Below, one piece after another: positions 1 to 13,400 of a stretch of 64,000 nucleotides of DNA. The notes under the pieces were generated by a model. It was not told where the DNA came from. It did no database searches and worked only from the letters and a program-made list of their open reading frames with translations. Every line of letters starts with the position of its first letter. Positions within the stretch are counted from its first letter, which is position 1. Origin of the DNA: Octopus bimaculoides (Eukaryota); NCBI RefSeq assembly GCF_001194135.2, contig NC_068986.1:45252979-45316978 (forward strand), given 5' to 3'. The position numbers and the translations under genes are program-made.

Positions 1-299
1 ACACACACACACACATGGTTTCCCCCCAAAATGTATATGCACTTTAATGGCTGATAACTCAATTCTTATTTCTTTATAGTTTTAACCTATAAAAAACAAT
101 CCTTTCTAATATTGGCACAAGGCTTGAAATTTGTGGAGAATAGTTAAGTCAATTACAGTGATTCCACTACTTAATTTATCAACCCCAAAAGATAAAAGGC
201 AAAGTCAACCTTAGAAGAATTTGAGCTCAGAATGTACTAAGCATTTTGTCCAGCATGCTAATGATTCTGCCAGCTCGAAGGGAGCCAGACTAAATTTTG

Positions 300-1150
300 A
301 TCGAAGGAAATTTATCTTAAAGTATCTACTAAATTTGAAAATGTAGTCAAAGTGCAAAGACAATTTTAGAGGGAGTTTTAATGAAGATGATCTGGACCGA
401 AGAGAGGAGTTTTGTGAACGGTACTTGGTAAGACATGTAGAAGATTCACACTTTCCAACAAAAATCCCTTCATGTTATCATCATCCAGTTACATTTAAAT
501 TAAATGGCTCAATTAACTCCAACAATTGCACCCACTAGGGACCTGAGAACCTGCATATTACAAAGAAACATCATGTTACAGTACAGTAAAGCTTATCACC
601 AAAAGGATTAAATTGGACCATTCATTTCTATGGTACTGTAACTGGTGCCCTTCACTTGAACTTGCTATGACAATCCATTATGCGAAGCATTCAAGAAGAC
701 TTTGAAGATGTGGAGTTTTATTTCTGGCAAGATGTTATGTGAGGGCCTACCTTGGTGAGATTTTGCCAAACAGGTGGATTTGGTGAAGAGGCTCAATAGC
801 ATACTCTGCACAATGACTATATCTCACAGCACAATACTTTTTCTATGGAGATACTTAAAAGATAAAGTTTACAGTACAAAACCAGCAAGGGTTGATGAAT
901 TGAGGGCAGTCATTCAATGGTAATGAGCACAAATACCAAATAAAACATTTCTTGATGTTTGCAATTCCATTGCTTTGTGTTATCAGCATTGTCTGAACCA
1001 GAAAAGTCATCAGTTTGAAAACAGGTGTTCATAAAAAACAAATTAAATTCCACCTGTATATTCTGATAAATTTTGAAAATGAAATGTATTTTAATAAATG
1101 GTAGCTATATAATCATTCAATGTGAGTACACATTTTTGGGAACACCCAGT
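300..1150 (+). mobile_element. Degenerate Tc1/mariner-superfamily transposase remnant
   Basis: Broken frames read like NEDDLDRREEFCERYL and FKLNGSINS.NC..WGPEN; ends in a TIR-like ttttgggaacacccagt. Confidence 0.7.
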
Positions 1151-1879
1151 GTGTGTGTGTGCATGTGTGAGTGTATTTATATATAAACTGACTGTTGACA
1201 TTTCAGAGAAGCCTCTCTAACTGGTAACACTTCAATTCTATTGCAAGCATGCTAAATAAATGATACCAGATACTTGAAAAATAATCACTGCTGAGTTAGG
1301 GGTATAGATCAATACAGCTAATGGTCACTATTATAAATTCAGATAATGGAATTGTATTTTCCTCAGAAACCATACAATGTATTGTAACAAAACTATTGTA
1401 AAGACTATAATGTGGTTTATGTTGTCTTCTGAACATGATTTCAAATTCAATAGAATGTACGTTCTGACAATGACTTCTTCAATGAGAAAACTGCTAGCAT
1501 TGGAAAATATTTCACTGTAGCATATCATGAGAAACTGAAGCAATCTTAGAATGATTTCTTAATAAGGGGATTACAGATATCTGATGAGTGTTCTAAATTG
1601 GTAATCATATTAGGAGATATACTTACTAGAAGAATTGCGTCATCCAACAAGACAACTTTAACTTTGTATAAAACATTTGAAATACATTTTACTGAAAATA
1701 GAATCATTTCTGGCTAGAAGCAAACTTTCAATAAATATTCAGAAAGAAAATAAGATAAAACATCTCTTTGGAGGTAAAGTTACAAAGAAAGTTGAATCAT
1801 GCTTATTTGAAGAAATGGTCATAAGAATCATAAAGTCTGTAAAGGGAGGAAGTACTTTCATGAAGGGTATGGGTGTTAC

Positions 1880-1915
1880 CTTATCGTAATCAGGATCATC
1901 ATCCTCACCTCCAGA
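1880..1915 (-). CDS. Candidate 36-nt in-frame microexon SGGEDDDPDYDK
   Basis: Branch-like ctaac, long pyrimidine tract, ctcag acceptor, aag|gtaaca donor; phase 0 to 0 after the GTK exon; no recognised homology. Confidence 0.45.
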
Positions 1916-2014
1916 CTGAGATAGCAAAATGAAGGGGAAAGAAATAAAACGTTAGTTCAATGAAATGTCATGTGAATGGGAAGAAAGTGCAATAATAATA
2001 ATAATAATGATAAT

Positions 2015-2630
2015 AATCCTTTCTATGATAGGTGCAAGGCCTGAAATTTTGAGGGAAGGGTTAGGTTGATTACATTGACCCCAGTACTCCACTGGTTCTT
2101 AATTCTATTGACCCCGAAAGGATGAAAGGCAAATTCGACCTTGGTAGAATTTGAACTCAGAATATAAAGTTGGATGAAATGCTGCTAAGCATTCTGTTCA
2201 GCATGCAAATGATTCTACCATCTCCCTACCTTAATAATAATAACAATAATAAACCTTTCTACTACAGGCACAAAATCTGAAATTTTGTGGGAGGAGGCTA
2301 GTCGATTACATCGATCTCAGTGCTCTACTGGTACTTATTTTATCAACCCTGAAAGGTTGAAAGGCAAAGTTGACCTTGTTGCGATATGAACGCAGAATGT
2401 AAAGCCAGAAATGCTGCAAAGCATTTTATCTGATATTATTAAAGCTCACAGCCTTAATAACAATAATCCTTTAAACCACAGTTCTCAGCTGGTACTTAGT
2501 TTATTGACCCAGAAAGGATGAAAAGCAAGGTTGACCTTGGCAGAATTCGAACTCAAAAGGCAAAGATGGCCAAAAATGCCACTAAGCATTTTGTGTAGTC
2601 TTCTAATGTTTCTGCCAGCTTGCCTCCTCT
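2015..2630 (-). mobile_element. Cluster of about three degenerate tRNA-derived SINE copies (family of 39745-39975), followed by (TAA)n
   Basis: Repeated cores cccgaaaggatgaaaggcaaagt(c/t)gacct...gaatttgaactcagaa...ctaagcatttt; another copy at about 95-275 and one at 37840-38040. Confidence 0.8.

Positions 2631-2634
<4 letters not shown>

Positions 2635-2690
<56 letters not shown>
2635..2690. repeat. (TAA)n microsatellite; other microsatellites at 5313-5343 (TG), 7335-7565 (TG/CA/TA), 10330-10415, 10800-10890 (TCCAA/TCTA), 20090-20215, 24705-24742, 38658-38915, 48560-48600 and 60021-60053 (A)n
   Basis: Directly visible. Confidence 0.95.
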
Positions 2691-2692
<2 letters not shown>

Positions 2693-4855
2693 TGAATGTA
2701 GGCTTTTTAAGGAAATTGTAACATGATGTATTGTAAAGTTGTAATGTATTGTGTTAGTAACCAATTGAGCAATGACAATTATATCACCAGTAATTTATAC
2801 TGTGTAATATTTCGTTTTGTTTTGCAAAGTATTATGTAGTATAAATTAACCTAGAAACAGATAACAGCTATGAAGAAAACAAAACACTCAGTCAATACAG
2901 TTTTTTAATCAAGCAATTACTTATGAAAATTATATATTCTATAGTCAACATTTTCATGGTTCAAAATTAAATAAGACGATGGAAATTAGCAATTTTGAAG
3001 AAGAGATGATAAATGTTGGAGAACCATGGATAGATTCAATCACATATATTTTTTTGTGATACTAGAGTACAAACATGCCTAAGATAATTGGCTAGTAAAA
3101 ACAATTACAATTATTCAAAGAAATAACAAAAGATTGTATCCGCAAGATATAAAATATTATCAAGTTTCAAATGAAATTGTATATATATCCATTTGTAATT
3201 TCTTACCTACCATAAAATGTTTACATTCTCAGATAAGTAAAATTATTTCATCTGATAGAAGCATGAATCACTGTCAAAATATTGTAAGTAAACTAAATTT
3301 GCTAGAATGTCATTTTTAATATCAACCTGCTCTCTTGGCTCTATGATACAAATTTTCTGTCTAAATTAAAACCTTCTGTCAAAAATCTCATGTTAATTTA
3401 TGTTCTAAACCAGTTTAATAATTAAAATGTTATTTTACTAAATTCTTCATTATTTTCACAATTAATTGAAACAAAAGCTGTAATTAAGAGTTAAACTGAT
3501 TACAATATTTTTCTTCCATTTCTTCATGACTATGTAGGAGGAAATTAAAAAAGGTTTTCAAATATGGTCAAATAAAGCTTTATTAAACTATAGTATATAA
3601 TATATTGAATCAACCCAGAATATCAGAATTTATTTGAGTCATGGGGGGGGGGGGGACCCCCAATTTAATCACAACAGGAACTAAACTAAGAATATAAAAG
3701 CATTTAGTCTGGTACTCTAGTATTTCTGTTTACTAGTTACACAAATATTTTGGTATAGCATAAGTAGAAAATTAAGAAAGCTTTCCATTTTAAAATTCAA
3801 CTTATGAAAAAAATGCTTCTCATTAAGATAAGATAATGGTCTCTTAAACATATCACAAACAAATTGAAAGATTTATACTAAACAGTGTAAACTATATCAA
3901 AGTCGACATTATTCATGAAAACTGGGGAAATGTTTGAATTTCCACATTTCTATCTTCCTTAATTGAACACTGTTAACATATATAGTGTAATTATCAACAA
4001 GACTTCAACACAAAAGAAAGCAAAAAAATATCAGTAAGAATAAAGAAAAACCTACTTCAATCCTCACCAGCTGGTTATTATAGAAATTAAAAAACCACTA
4101 CCAACATAATCATAGATGTATTAATAAGTTCATTTACCAAGAGGAATGAGTGTAGAAAATAACATTTCAGGTCGTTGTCTTTCATATGAGTGAAATAAGG
4201 ATTAAAAAAAAAAGTGTTGCTAACTGCCTCCAGCCTATGTGACAACATCACCAATCTTTATATTGCTCCTTTTCTTATGCACAGATGAATCGTAAAACCC
4301 AAAATATTAGATTCTACACTCATTGCAACAATGAGGTTATATCCAACTCTCTTATAGACTAATTGTGTCCAATGTAAACCATTGCTACTTACTTCAGATT
4401 TTACATTTATCTCATGAATATAATAAGCAACTTCTAATTTAGAAATTATCCATTTAAATTATTGGCTATTTTATTTTCAGAAAAATAAATAGTTGCTATG
4501 CAATTTAAGAAACATTTATAATTTTATTTTAATATGGTGTCAATTAATAGCATTCACTACAAAGAGTTGCTAATAATTCTATAGCGAAGTAAGAGAAAAA
4601 TATAACACTGTCTAGTATAGAGATGTAGATAGATTAATTTCGCAAAATAGGTTGTAGTAGTTTCACATCCTAAAGTGTGGCAATGTACATTCTTGCTTAT
4701 GATCGTTATCAAAATAATTAATGTAGCATTAGTAGTTAAAATATAATTACATAAATCCTGTTTAAGTCATGCAATTTCATACCATCATTTTTAAGTAATT
4801 AGTCAGGTTATTAAAAGTTGCATAACAGATGCTTTTAAACAACAAGCTCACTCAC

Positions 4856-4926
4856 CTTGGTTCCATTTTCCTCAGTTGTTACTATAGCAACAAAGATACC
4901 ATCTGTCAAAGGGCTGGTCATTACAC
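4856..4926 (-). CDS. MYO1C: Myosin I exon: [23 protein letters not shown] (PH domain beta5-beta6)
   Basis: Acceptor ttttgtatatag, donor gtgagt; 71 nt, phase 1 to 0; aligns with GISVSSLSDSLFVLHV of MYO1C. Confidence 0.92.
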
Positions 4927-7330
4927 CTATATACAAAAGCACAAAATGGTATATAGAATCTGACATGCTCTTATTGGAATTAGGCAAATAAATGGACTTA
5001 GAGGAAATTTGCATAAAAAAACACAAACAAAAATAAAACAAGACTTTCTTAATTCATTCATAACGAACAGTGAAACGCTCCCATAGAAACGAATGAGATG
5101 TTTTCATATAGCTGTTTTGGCCTGCCTTTTTGGCACCACTGATTTAATGCTGACTTATTTAACATCAGGCATTTTTAATATTTCACTTGCTCTCTCTCTC
5201 TCCCTTTACGTGTGTGAGGAGAAGTGCTTATGTCAATAGAGTTCAATTAATAAATTGCAATGTCTTCCTCCCTCTCTCACTCTTTCTTTCTCTATCTGTA
5301 CGTGTATATTTCTGTGTGTGTGTGTGTGTGTGTGTGCGTGTGTTTGTCACCAGTGCCAAAAAGTACTGTCACCAAACAGTTTCAATGTCCAGTAAGCTAT
5401 GCCAAACCCAATGAGTCCAAACAGCTGAGCCTCCATCATCTCATTCCATCCAAAATATGGGAATATACGATTTATTCAGTTTGGTGTTATCATAGTGCAA
5501 AAATGAAAACTGGGCTGCACATGTCTCATGTTTCAGATCAAGATAACAAAGTACTTATTTGTACAGTGATCTTACTATTTGTATGCGTGACATGCTCCTG
5601 AGAAAAGTACTTAAACTTTCAGCCCTCTGGAGTGAGTCAATGTATATTAAGCATTTTGGCAATGCCAGTTGTTGGAAAACTGCCTCTTTGCTGGTAGTAC
5701 AATACTCTGCCAAATGACAAAGAGGCATTTAATCAACTAGTTTTGAGGCACTGAATAAGCGATATCTAATACTTAGTTTAGCAATATAACTGAAGTGATA
5801 GCAGATGGTGCTGTAGTAAATAATTCTGATGTCAATGTAAATCTACAGATTTGCAGTTTAATTTCATTAATGATGGAGTTTGCCTTCAGATCATTTATGT
5901 CAATACAACCAAATTCAATAGTTTCTTGTGAAACTCTGGATGTTTTCACAAGTTCTAGAAGATATCAGTTTGGATGTACTGCTGAACATAGAGGGACAAG
6001 TAACTAAACTGTAAAATAAAATCAGAGAAAGCTCCTGGTATCGACAGCAAGACTATAGAAGTCTAAAAAGCATTATGGGAATGAATTATACTACAGATCT
6101 CTCTAATTCTTCAGAGAATGGGGCAATGTGGTAACTTACCCCAGCAATTCAAGAATGCATAGATAGTTACCATTTATAAGAGCAACTGACAGGACTGTGG
6201 AAACTACTAAGGAATTTACCTACACTCAATTGTAGGAAAATTTCTATCAAAACTACTGCTTAAAAGATTGTAAAAGATATCTGAACAAATTCCTTGTGAA
6301 ATATATTATGAGCTTCATGCATCTTGGAGCACCAATGTTCCTAAATGCACTTTCTAACACTTAACAAAAGTATAAATGGAAGATCAGGGAGTCTCTCAAT
6401 CTCCATTTCTCTGAATTGAGGGGTCGAGGCTCTGATACAAAAGACATGTGGTTAGAATGCTGCAGGAAGGGATTGCAAGAAAAATTCTTCAAGCCATGCC
6501 AACTCGCAGGAGACCTAGGGGTACTGTGAGTGAGATGGTTGGATAATATCCATTGTCTCAGTTGATCATGCTTGGGAATCCAACAGGAAAGCATAATGAG
6601 GACTGGTCCTGATAGTACCCTATGGAAGAGATGCCTTTGAGAACTCTAACCCTCAAGACCTTCCTGGGAAAAGTGAGTGGCAAAAACGGAAGGATGGATA
6701 GTTCCATACATGATGAAAGAACAGGATATCCAAGTATGTCAGAGGATAAAGTGAATACAGTGCATCAAATCACTAATAAAAGTTCATATCTTTTTCTTCA
6801 TGTAGCAGCACAAAGACTCATTTTCTTAAGGAGATCTGTGCACAAAATCTTGAAAGTTATTTTGCATAAAAAAGAGCTATCATTTGCAGGCTTTACACAA
6901 TTCAATAGGTAACTAACACCATATGCTCTTCTGTATTCACTCTAAGGGTTTGCAAAAGAAAAGCATAAAGTGAGTAATTTTTATTAAAATAAGTACCTGA
7001 CTTTATGTCCACCCAGTATCTGGAAAAGGAAATTCTCTTTTGCAACCAAATGACACTTCAAAAAGAACAAGAACACAATGACTGAAGGAACATACTTACG
7101 TTTGAGTTGCATGAAAGTTATTTTATCCTTCACTTTGAAATCTTTTTCATTCAAAACATAGAGAGCTTGGTTTGTAACAATGAGGATACGGTTTCGAGGC
7201 TTGTAACCATGACGATCATACTTGGTAACAGCAGTTGCATACTACAAGATAATTGTCTTACTAAAGTTATTCTGCATAGATTTAGGAATAAGAATGTAAT
7301 TGCACACATAGGAATAAATATACACACACC

Positions 7331-7381
<51 letters not shown>

Positions 7382-7476
7382 AGGGTGTCTATAAATTACC
7401 ATTACAATTTGAAGTATAGGAGTGTGGAAGTAGTAAAGATAATTTATAGACACCATGTATGTGTGTATGTGTGTAT

Positions 7477-7553
<77 letters not shown>

Positions 7554-10361
7554 TATATATACATATACTGTATATGCTGGTATATAATATGACTGAGTGC
7601 ATAAGACAACCCCAAGTTTTCCTGGAAAATAGCTTGAGTGGTGAAGGTACGAGGTTCTTGTTTATCGGTGAGCTGCAGCTTCCCCAGCAGCCCCTGATAT
7701 CTCTACTTTTCTTGTATTTCAATAGCATTTTAAGTATGTTTCAATCAGTAAATTCTGCAGTCTTGGTTGCTGAAAATTTATTCAGTTCTTTTTTAAAAAG
7801 TAGTCAAATATTATAAATTACCTACTATAATACACATCAAATGGTGTAATCACTACCCTAGTGATGTCACTTAGACGTCACTTATTTTACAGGAACTAAC
7901 ATGGTGTCAAGTACACCATAATAACACCATCTATTTGAAATGAATTTACAAGTTTACTTACAGTATGTATCATATTGTAATATATTAGAAATGTTGTTAT
8001 AAAGTACACTGCTAGTATTTTCTTTAATTTGTAAATTTTGTCTTGCTTCATGAGACCATTGGTCTTGAAACAGCGTATCCATTTTGATGCTGCTCACAGA
8101 CCATGTCTGTTACATACTTATCTAGAATTGGTCAGTCTGCAATGCCTCCTCTCATTGTACATTTTGTCCTGGGTACATTCCTTAATAGGTCTTAATTTAA
8201 TCTCCAAATTCTTACCATCTTCTCAGTTACACTGTATTCTCTTGCAGTAGCATAATTGTGGTAATTGGTGTATGCTACCACTTTCAGCTTAAAACCAGCT
8301 TCATATTTCCTTCATTTATCACTTGGAGCCATGAGGGAGGTTTTACAGTCGCTGGAAATTAATGTTCACCCAGTGAGAGTACTACTGCTTATGAAAGAGT
8401 GACAACTTGAGCCTTTTCAAGAAACCCTGTCTGTAAACATTTAAAAGTAAGGTTTATTGTGATTGGTCTGACCGACACAAACTGGCCAGTCACAGAAGGT
8501 ACTGATACATGCTGCTAATCTGCCATATGAAGTAGGTTAGTTACTGTAAACTACACTTGTTCTGAAAGCCCTCGGATGGTTGGGCGCTATATGAGAGAGA
8601 GCACTCTAAGGAAGCAGTGTAAACAGAACAGACCTGGGACATGGTTGAATGGGCTGATTGTTTACATTTTCTGTTTGCCAGCTGTTGCAAATGGTGACTG
8701 GTGTCTGTCCACTAAGATTGCTGTGCTGTTATTTTAATATAATTTTTATATTAATCCAGCTTCTCAAACATACATGTCAGTATCAGTAGAAAATACTGAG
8801 TTGTACAACCATAAGATCTATGTGAATGTTTTACGGTGTTCTTCATCGATTTGTCCAAGTATCAGTAGAAAATACTGTGCTGTAGGACCATAGGATCTAT
8901 GCAACTGCTTTATATTGTTTTCCATTGCCATTGGTGCTACTTTAAACCACAGGAAGTTATGGTTCAGATTTTATATGGAGTATATAAAACGACCCCCTAG
9001 TTTTGGGGTGATTTTTTTTAAAGTTCAAATTCAGTCCTGTAAGCCAGTGTATATATATATATAATTTAGAGAAAAGAACCAAAGTTCATGAATTCATCCA
9101 TGAAAATCCAGTCACATACAGAAAAAAATTAATAAGTAAATACACGATAAATAAGTATAATAAAATACAAAGTAAAAATAATAAAATAATAATAATAATA
9201 TATACACACATGGTCTGATCAAAAAGTATCTGGACTGTTGCCATAGTAACAAAGTTAAAGCACAAAGAGTGAAGCCATTTGTCAAAGACTGAACTTGAAT
9301 TCTGCTGTGCATGTGCAACTTCTGCTGTTTACAACAGTGCTTAGAAAGAAGGTGTATAGTGTGTGATCATTGCATTGACCATGACAGAGAAAGTTGTCAT
9401 GGCGGTACCTGCTCAGAGGCCTGTGCAAAGTTGAAGAAAGTGTATGAATCGCAGACATTTCGAAGATGGCCAAATAAATGTCAATATTGATGAACGTTCT
9501 GGGAGATCTGCAACCACCAGAACTGAGAAGAACATCATAGATGTGTGCACAGCTGTGAGGGGAAATCGTTGAATCACCATCTGTGAGTTATCAGAGGATG
9601 TGCAGATTAGTTATGGTTCAGTCCATTATCACTGAAGATTTGGGTATGATATGCATGTCTGCCAAGTTTGTGCCAAAACTGCTCTCAGCTGACCAAAAGG
9701 ACACTCAGGTTTCAGTTGCACAAGACTCCTTGGCTGTATCAAGAGGAAAACTTTTTGAAAACTTTGCTTAGGCCTCTGAGCAGGTATTGCCAAGCTTTTG
9801 GCAAATTTTGCTGCAGATTCTCTACTCAACTTTCTCTGTCATGGTCAATGTGACGATTACACACTACACACTTCCTTCCAAACACTGCTGTAAACAGCAG
9901 AAGTGAGCTAGAATGTTTAAACTTAGGTCAATCTTTGCCAAGTGGTTTCACTCTGTGTGGTTTAGCTTCGTTATTATGGCAACAGTCCGGATACTCATTG
10001 ATCAGACTAGGTATACATATATATGTGTGTGTGTATGTGTGATTGTAGAAGGAATATTCACAGGACTATATTGTTTATAGTAGAAGGATTCTCAGTGTTG
10101 CATGGGAAAATAAACAACTCAATTTTTGGTCAATAACTTGAATTCAAACCAGGTAATTTTGCATAAATTCATAATTTCATAGACATTATTTTCTTTGTTT
10201 TATTCATAACAGAAATAAATTTTAAAAAAATTATTGTAACATCTTTAAATTTTACTTGTATTTCAATAATTCACTATCAAAGAAGATACAACAGAGGTAT
10301 TTCAACCATGCCAATCTAGTCAATATATATATAGAGAGAGAGCATATCAGAATATAATATG

Positions 10362-10411
<50 letters not shown>

Positions 10412-13400
10412 CATATATGTAATAAATCGCCATTTGTGTGGTGTACCATGAGAATCAAAGCAATGACTTACATTTTTAATATGCTCTTGCAGATTTGAAC
10501 ACAAATATGTTAATTGCTGATGTGCTTCATCAGAGGTGAACAATTATTTCCCAACAAATGTGTATTCATAACACTTTTGATTCATTACCATAAGGGGAGA
10601 CACCAGGTGTTTTGACGTTGTTCTGTCTCATCAGCCAAAGCTATTGCAAACTAATTAATCTAACAAGAATTTGTGGCTCTTGTTTATAATTTCAGCATGC
10701 TTCAGCAATTAATTTATAATTGCTGAAGCATGATGATATCTGTTAACTAGTAATAAATCATCCTGTGCACAGTAAAAAAAATGACTTACAGATCTGTTCT
10801 TAATCCAGTCCAATCCAATCCAATCTAATCCAATCTGTCTGTTCATCTGTCTGTCTGTCTATCCATCTTTCTATTCATCTATCTATCTATTTGTTTCTCT
10901 CTATACATATGTATATACAGCCCAACCCATACTCGCATGGAAAGTAAATATCAAATGATGATGATGACGATATTGTATATATCATTTAATTCATATAGAA
11001 TATATATAAATTATATATCAGCTGATGTATGTGCATGTATGTGTGTATGAATATGTGTATGTATCTTTCCACAAAGGAAGATGTTGGTATATACAGGAAA
11101 GTGGTTTACCTTAACCTATACAGTGTTGGCTAAAAGTCTATTCTGCAGCACATTATATATATATAATGCCAACCACTTTACAGAGTGTGCCGGGTGCTTT
11201 CATGTGGAACCACACAGGTGCTTTTATGTGGCACCAGCATCGACTCTTGTAGGTCAATCCTCTCCACCAGGCTGACCGGGTTTAACACTTTTGCCATGGA
11301 GTGCAGGTCTTCTTGAGTTGAGCAAGGCACCAGGCATCCTGGTCTTTTGTCATCTTGCCTGAAAGGTTCAGCATCCTGAGATCATTCTTCAGTAATTCAG
11401 CCCATCTCTTCCTGGGTCTCCCACTTCCACATGTTCCATCTACTTTTAGAGATCAGTACTTCTTTATGGAGCTGTTGGCATCCATCTGTATCACATGACC
11501 AAACCAGCACAGTCTTCTTTCTTGCACACAGCATCTAATTCCTCTTATACCTAACTTCTCTCTTAATACACTAGAACTCTGTCGAATATAAACACTTACA
11601 TTACACATCCAGCAGAGCACACGAGCCTCATTGGTTCACATTAAAAGTAATTACAATAGAATCTGTCACTATTTAACCTATGATTTAAGTTTTTATTGCA
11701 AGCATTCAATCAAGATGGGGTAACTGATATAAGTGAAGAATGCTCAAATACTTATATACTTATACAGTGAAGGATATTTGGTAAGTGCAGATTTTTTGAC
11801 AAGTATCTGTTATGGAACTGGATCACATCACCTTCAGTAGACTGAAAAAGGGTATTTTACCTGAAATCATCATCATTTTAATGTTGACTTTGCCATGGCC
11901 ACAAAGGATGGATGAAATTTAACGAGGTGGATTTAATGGGTTTTCCTGTTGCCAACCCTCATCTGTTTCCAAGTAAGGTAATATTTCCTCATGATCAGAA
12001 ATGTTATTCATGGAAGACTGTAAATGAAGTACACTGCTTACAGCCATTACATAATGTCAAGGCACATAAACACACACACACACATGATGAGTGACTTTCA
12101 GTTTGTGTTCACAAAGTCCATTTACAAGGGCTTGGTTGGTCAGAGGGTATCATAGAAGACACTTGATCAAGGTTGCTATGCTGTGAGACTGAACCTGAAA
12201 CCATGCGTTTGGGATGCAAGCTTCTTACCACATGGCCATGCCTGGACTAAATATTTTTGAAGTAATACTTCAATAACTTTATTATTGTTGATACTTGATG
12301 TTTAACCTGCATTGCTATAGTCTTCTATAACATACAGATTTTATACCTAATATACAATGCTTCAAGCAAACTTCAACACTGATATTTTTTAAAATTTTGT
12401 TCCTATGGCTGGATGCCTTCCTTAACAACACTTTACAGAATGTACTGGGTGCTTTTGTGTGGCACTAGCATTAGAGAGGTGTCATGTCATCAATAAGACT
12501 AAAGAGTCCTCACAACTTACACTTTGTGTCTACTGGGTATGTTTTTTGAGGCACCAGCATTAGAGAGGCAGCTATGTCCTCAACATGATTGAAAGAACAG
12601 ATGAAGAATTAATATCATTACATATAATAAATATTTTGTTTTTGGATTTGGTTTGCAACATTTTTTATGTGATTTTGTGTGTTGAAACATATTCTGTTGT
12701 GTCTGGGGAGAGTCATTTTCTTATTGTGCCTTAAAATTTAACACACTCACCAAGTGGAAATTTTACCGGTAAGTGTGTTAAATTTTAAGGCACAATAAGA
12801 AAATGATGCTCCCCAGACACAACAAAATATAATAAATATATATTAAGTAAAAGATTTCAGTTTCAAATGAGTATACATGCACAGGTGTATACATATAAAT
12901 GCACTATCAATATAGTACAATGACAAAAACACAACATCTATTTGGTTCTTTTCTAGAAAATATCATTATTTCAGATAAATTTGTTCTTTATTTGTTTTCA
13001 GTTCTGAAAAGATGATAAACAGAAGTATGCTTTGGATAACTTACCACAATTTCTTCATTTTGTGCTTTTATAGTGGCATCAAAAACAGATGTTCTGAGAT
13101 GTTCATGGTGTGTTGCTGAAGAAAGAAATAAAATTTTGACTGTATTGTTCCATCAAAGAACCATTGCATATGCTTTCTTCTTCAGGTTAACTCTATTATT
13201 CAAAATGGTCAAATCTGAAAGCTATATTTGTTCAAATAGTCATATCTAGTTTTGCAGATAATGTATCACGAAATTATTCTTTTATTCTTTTACTTGTTTC
13301 AGTCTTTTGACTGCAGCCATGCTGGAGCACTGCCTTAGAGTGTTTTAGTTGAACTAATCGACCCCAGAACTTAATTTTTTTTAAGCTTAGTACTCATTCT

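Noticed and set aside
1331-1543. Minus ORF ...SSFLIEEVIVRT... as the missing GDxxL-SDHVIE exon of the myosin tail
   Set aside because: Weak acceptor, no GD motif, no convincing donor; the next constitutive exon probably lies left of the window.
7107-7816. ORFs of 94-156 aa rich in YI/CV/HT repeats (also 5187-5601, 10252-10543, 38544-39004)
   Set aside because: Stop-free dinucleotide microsatellites, not coding.
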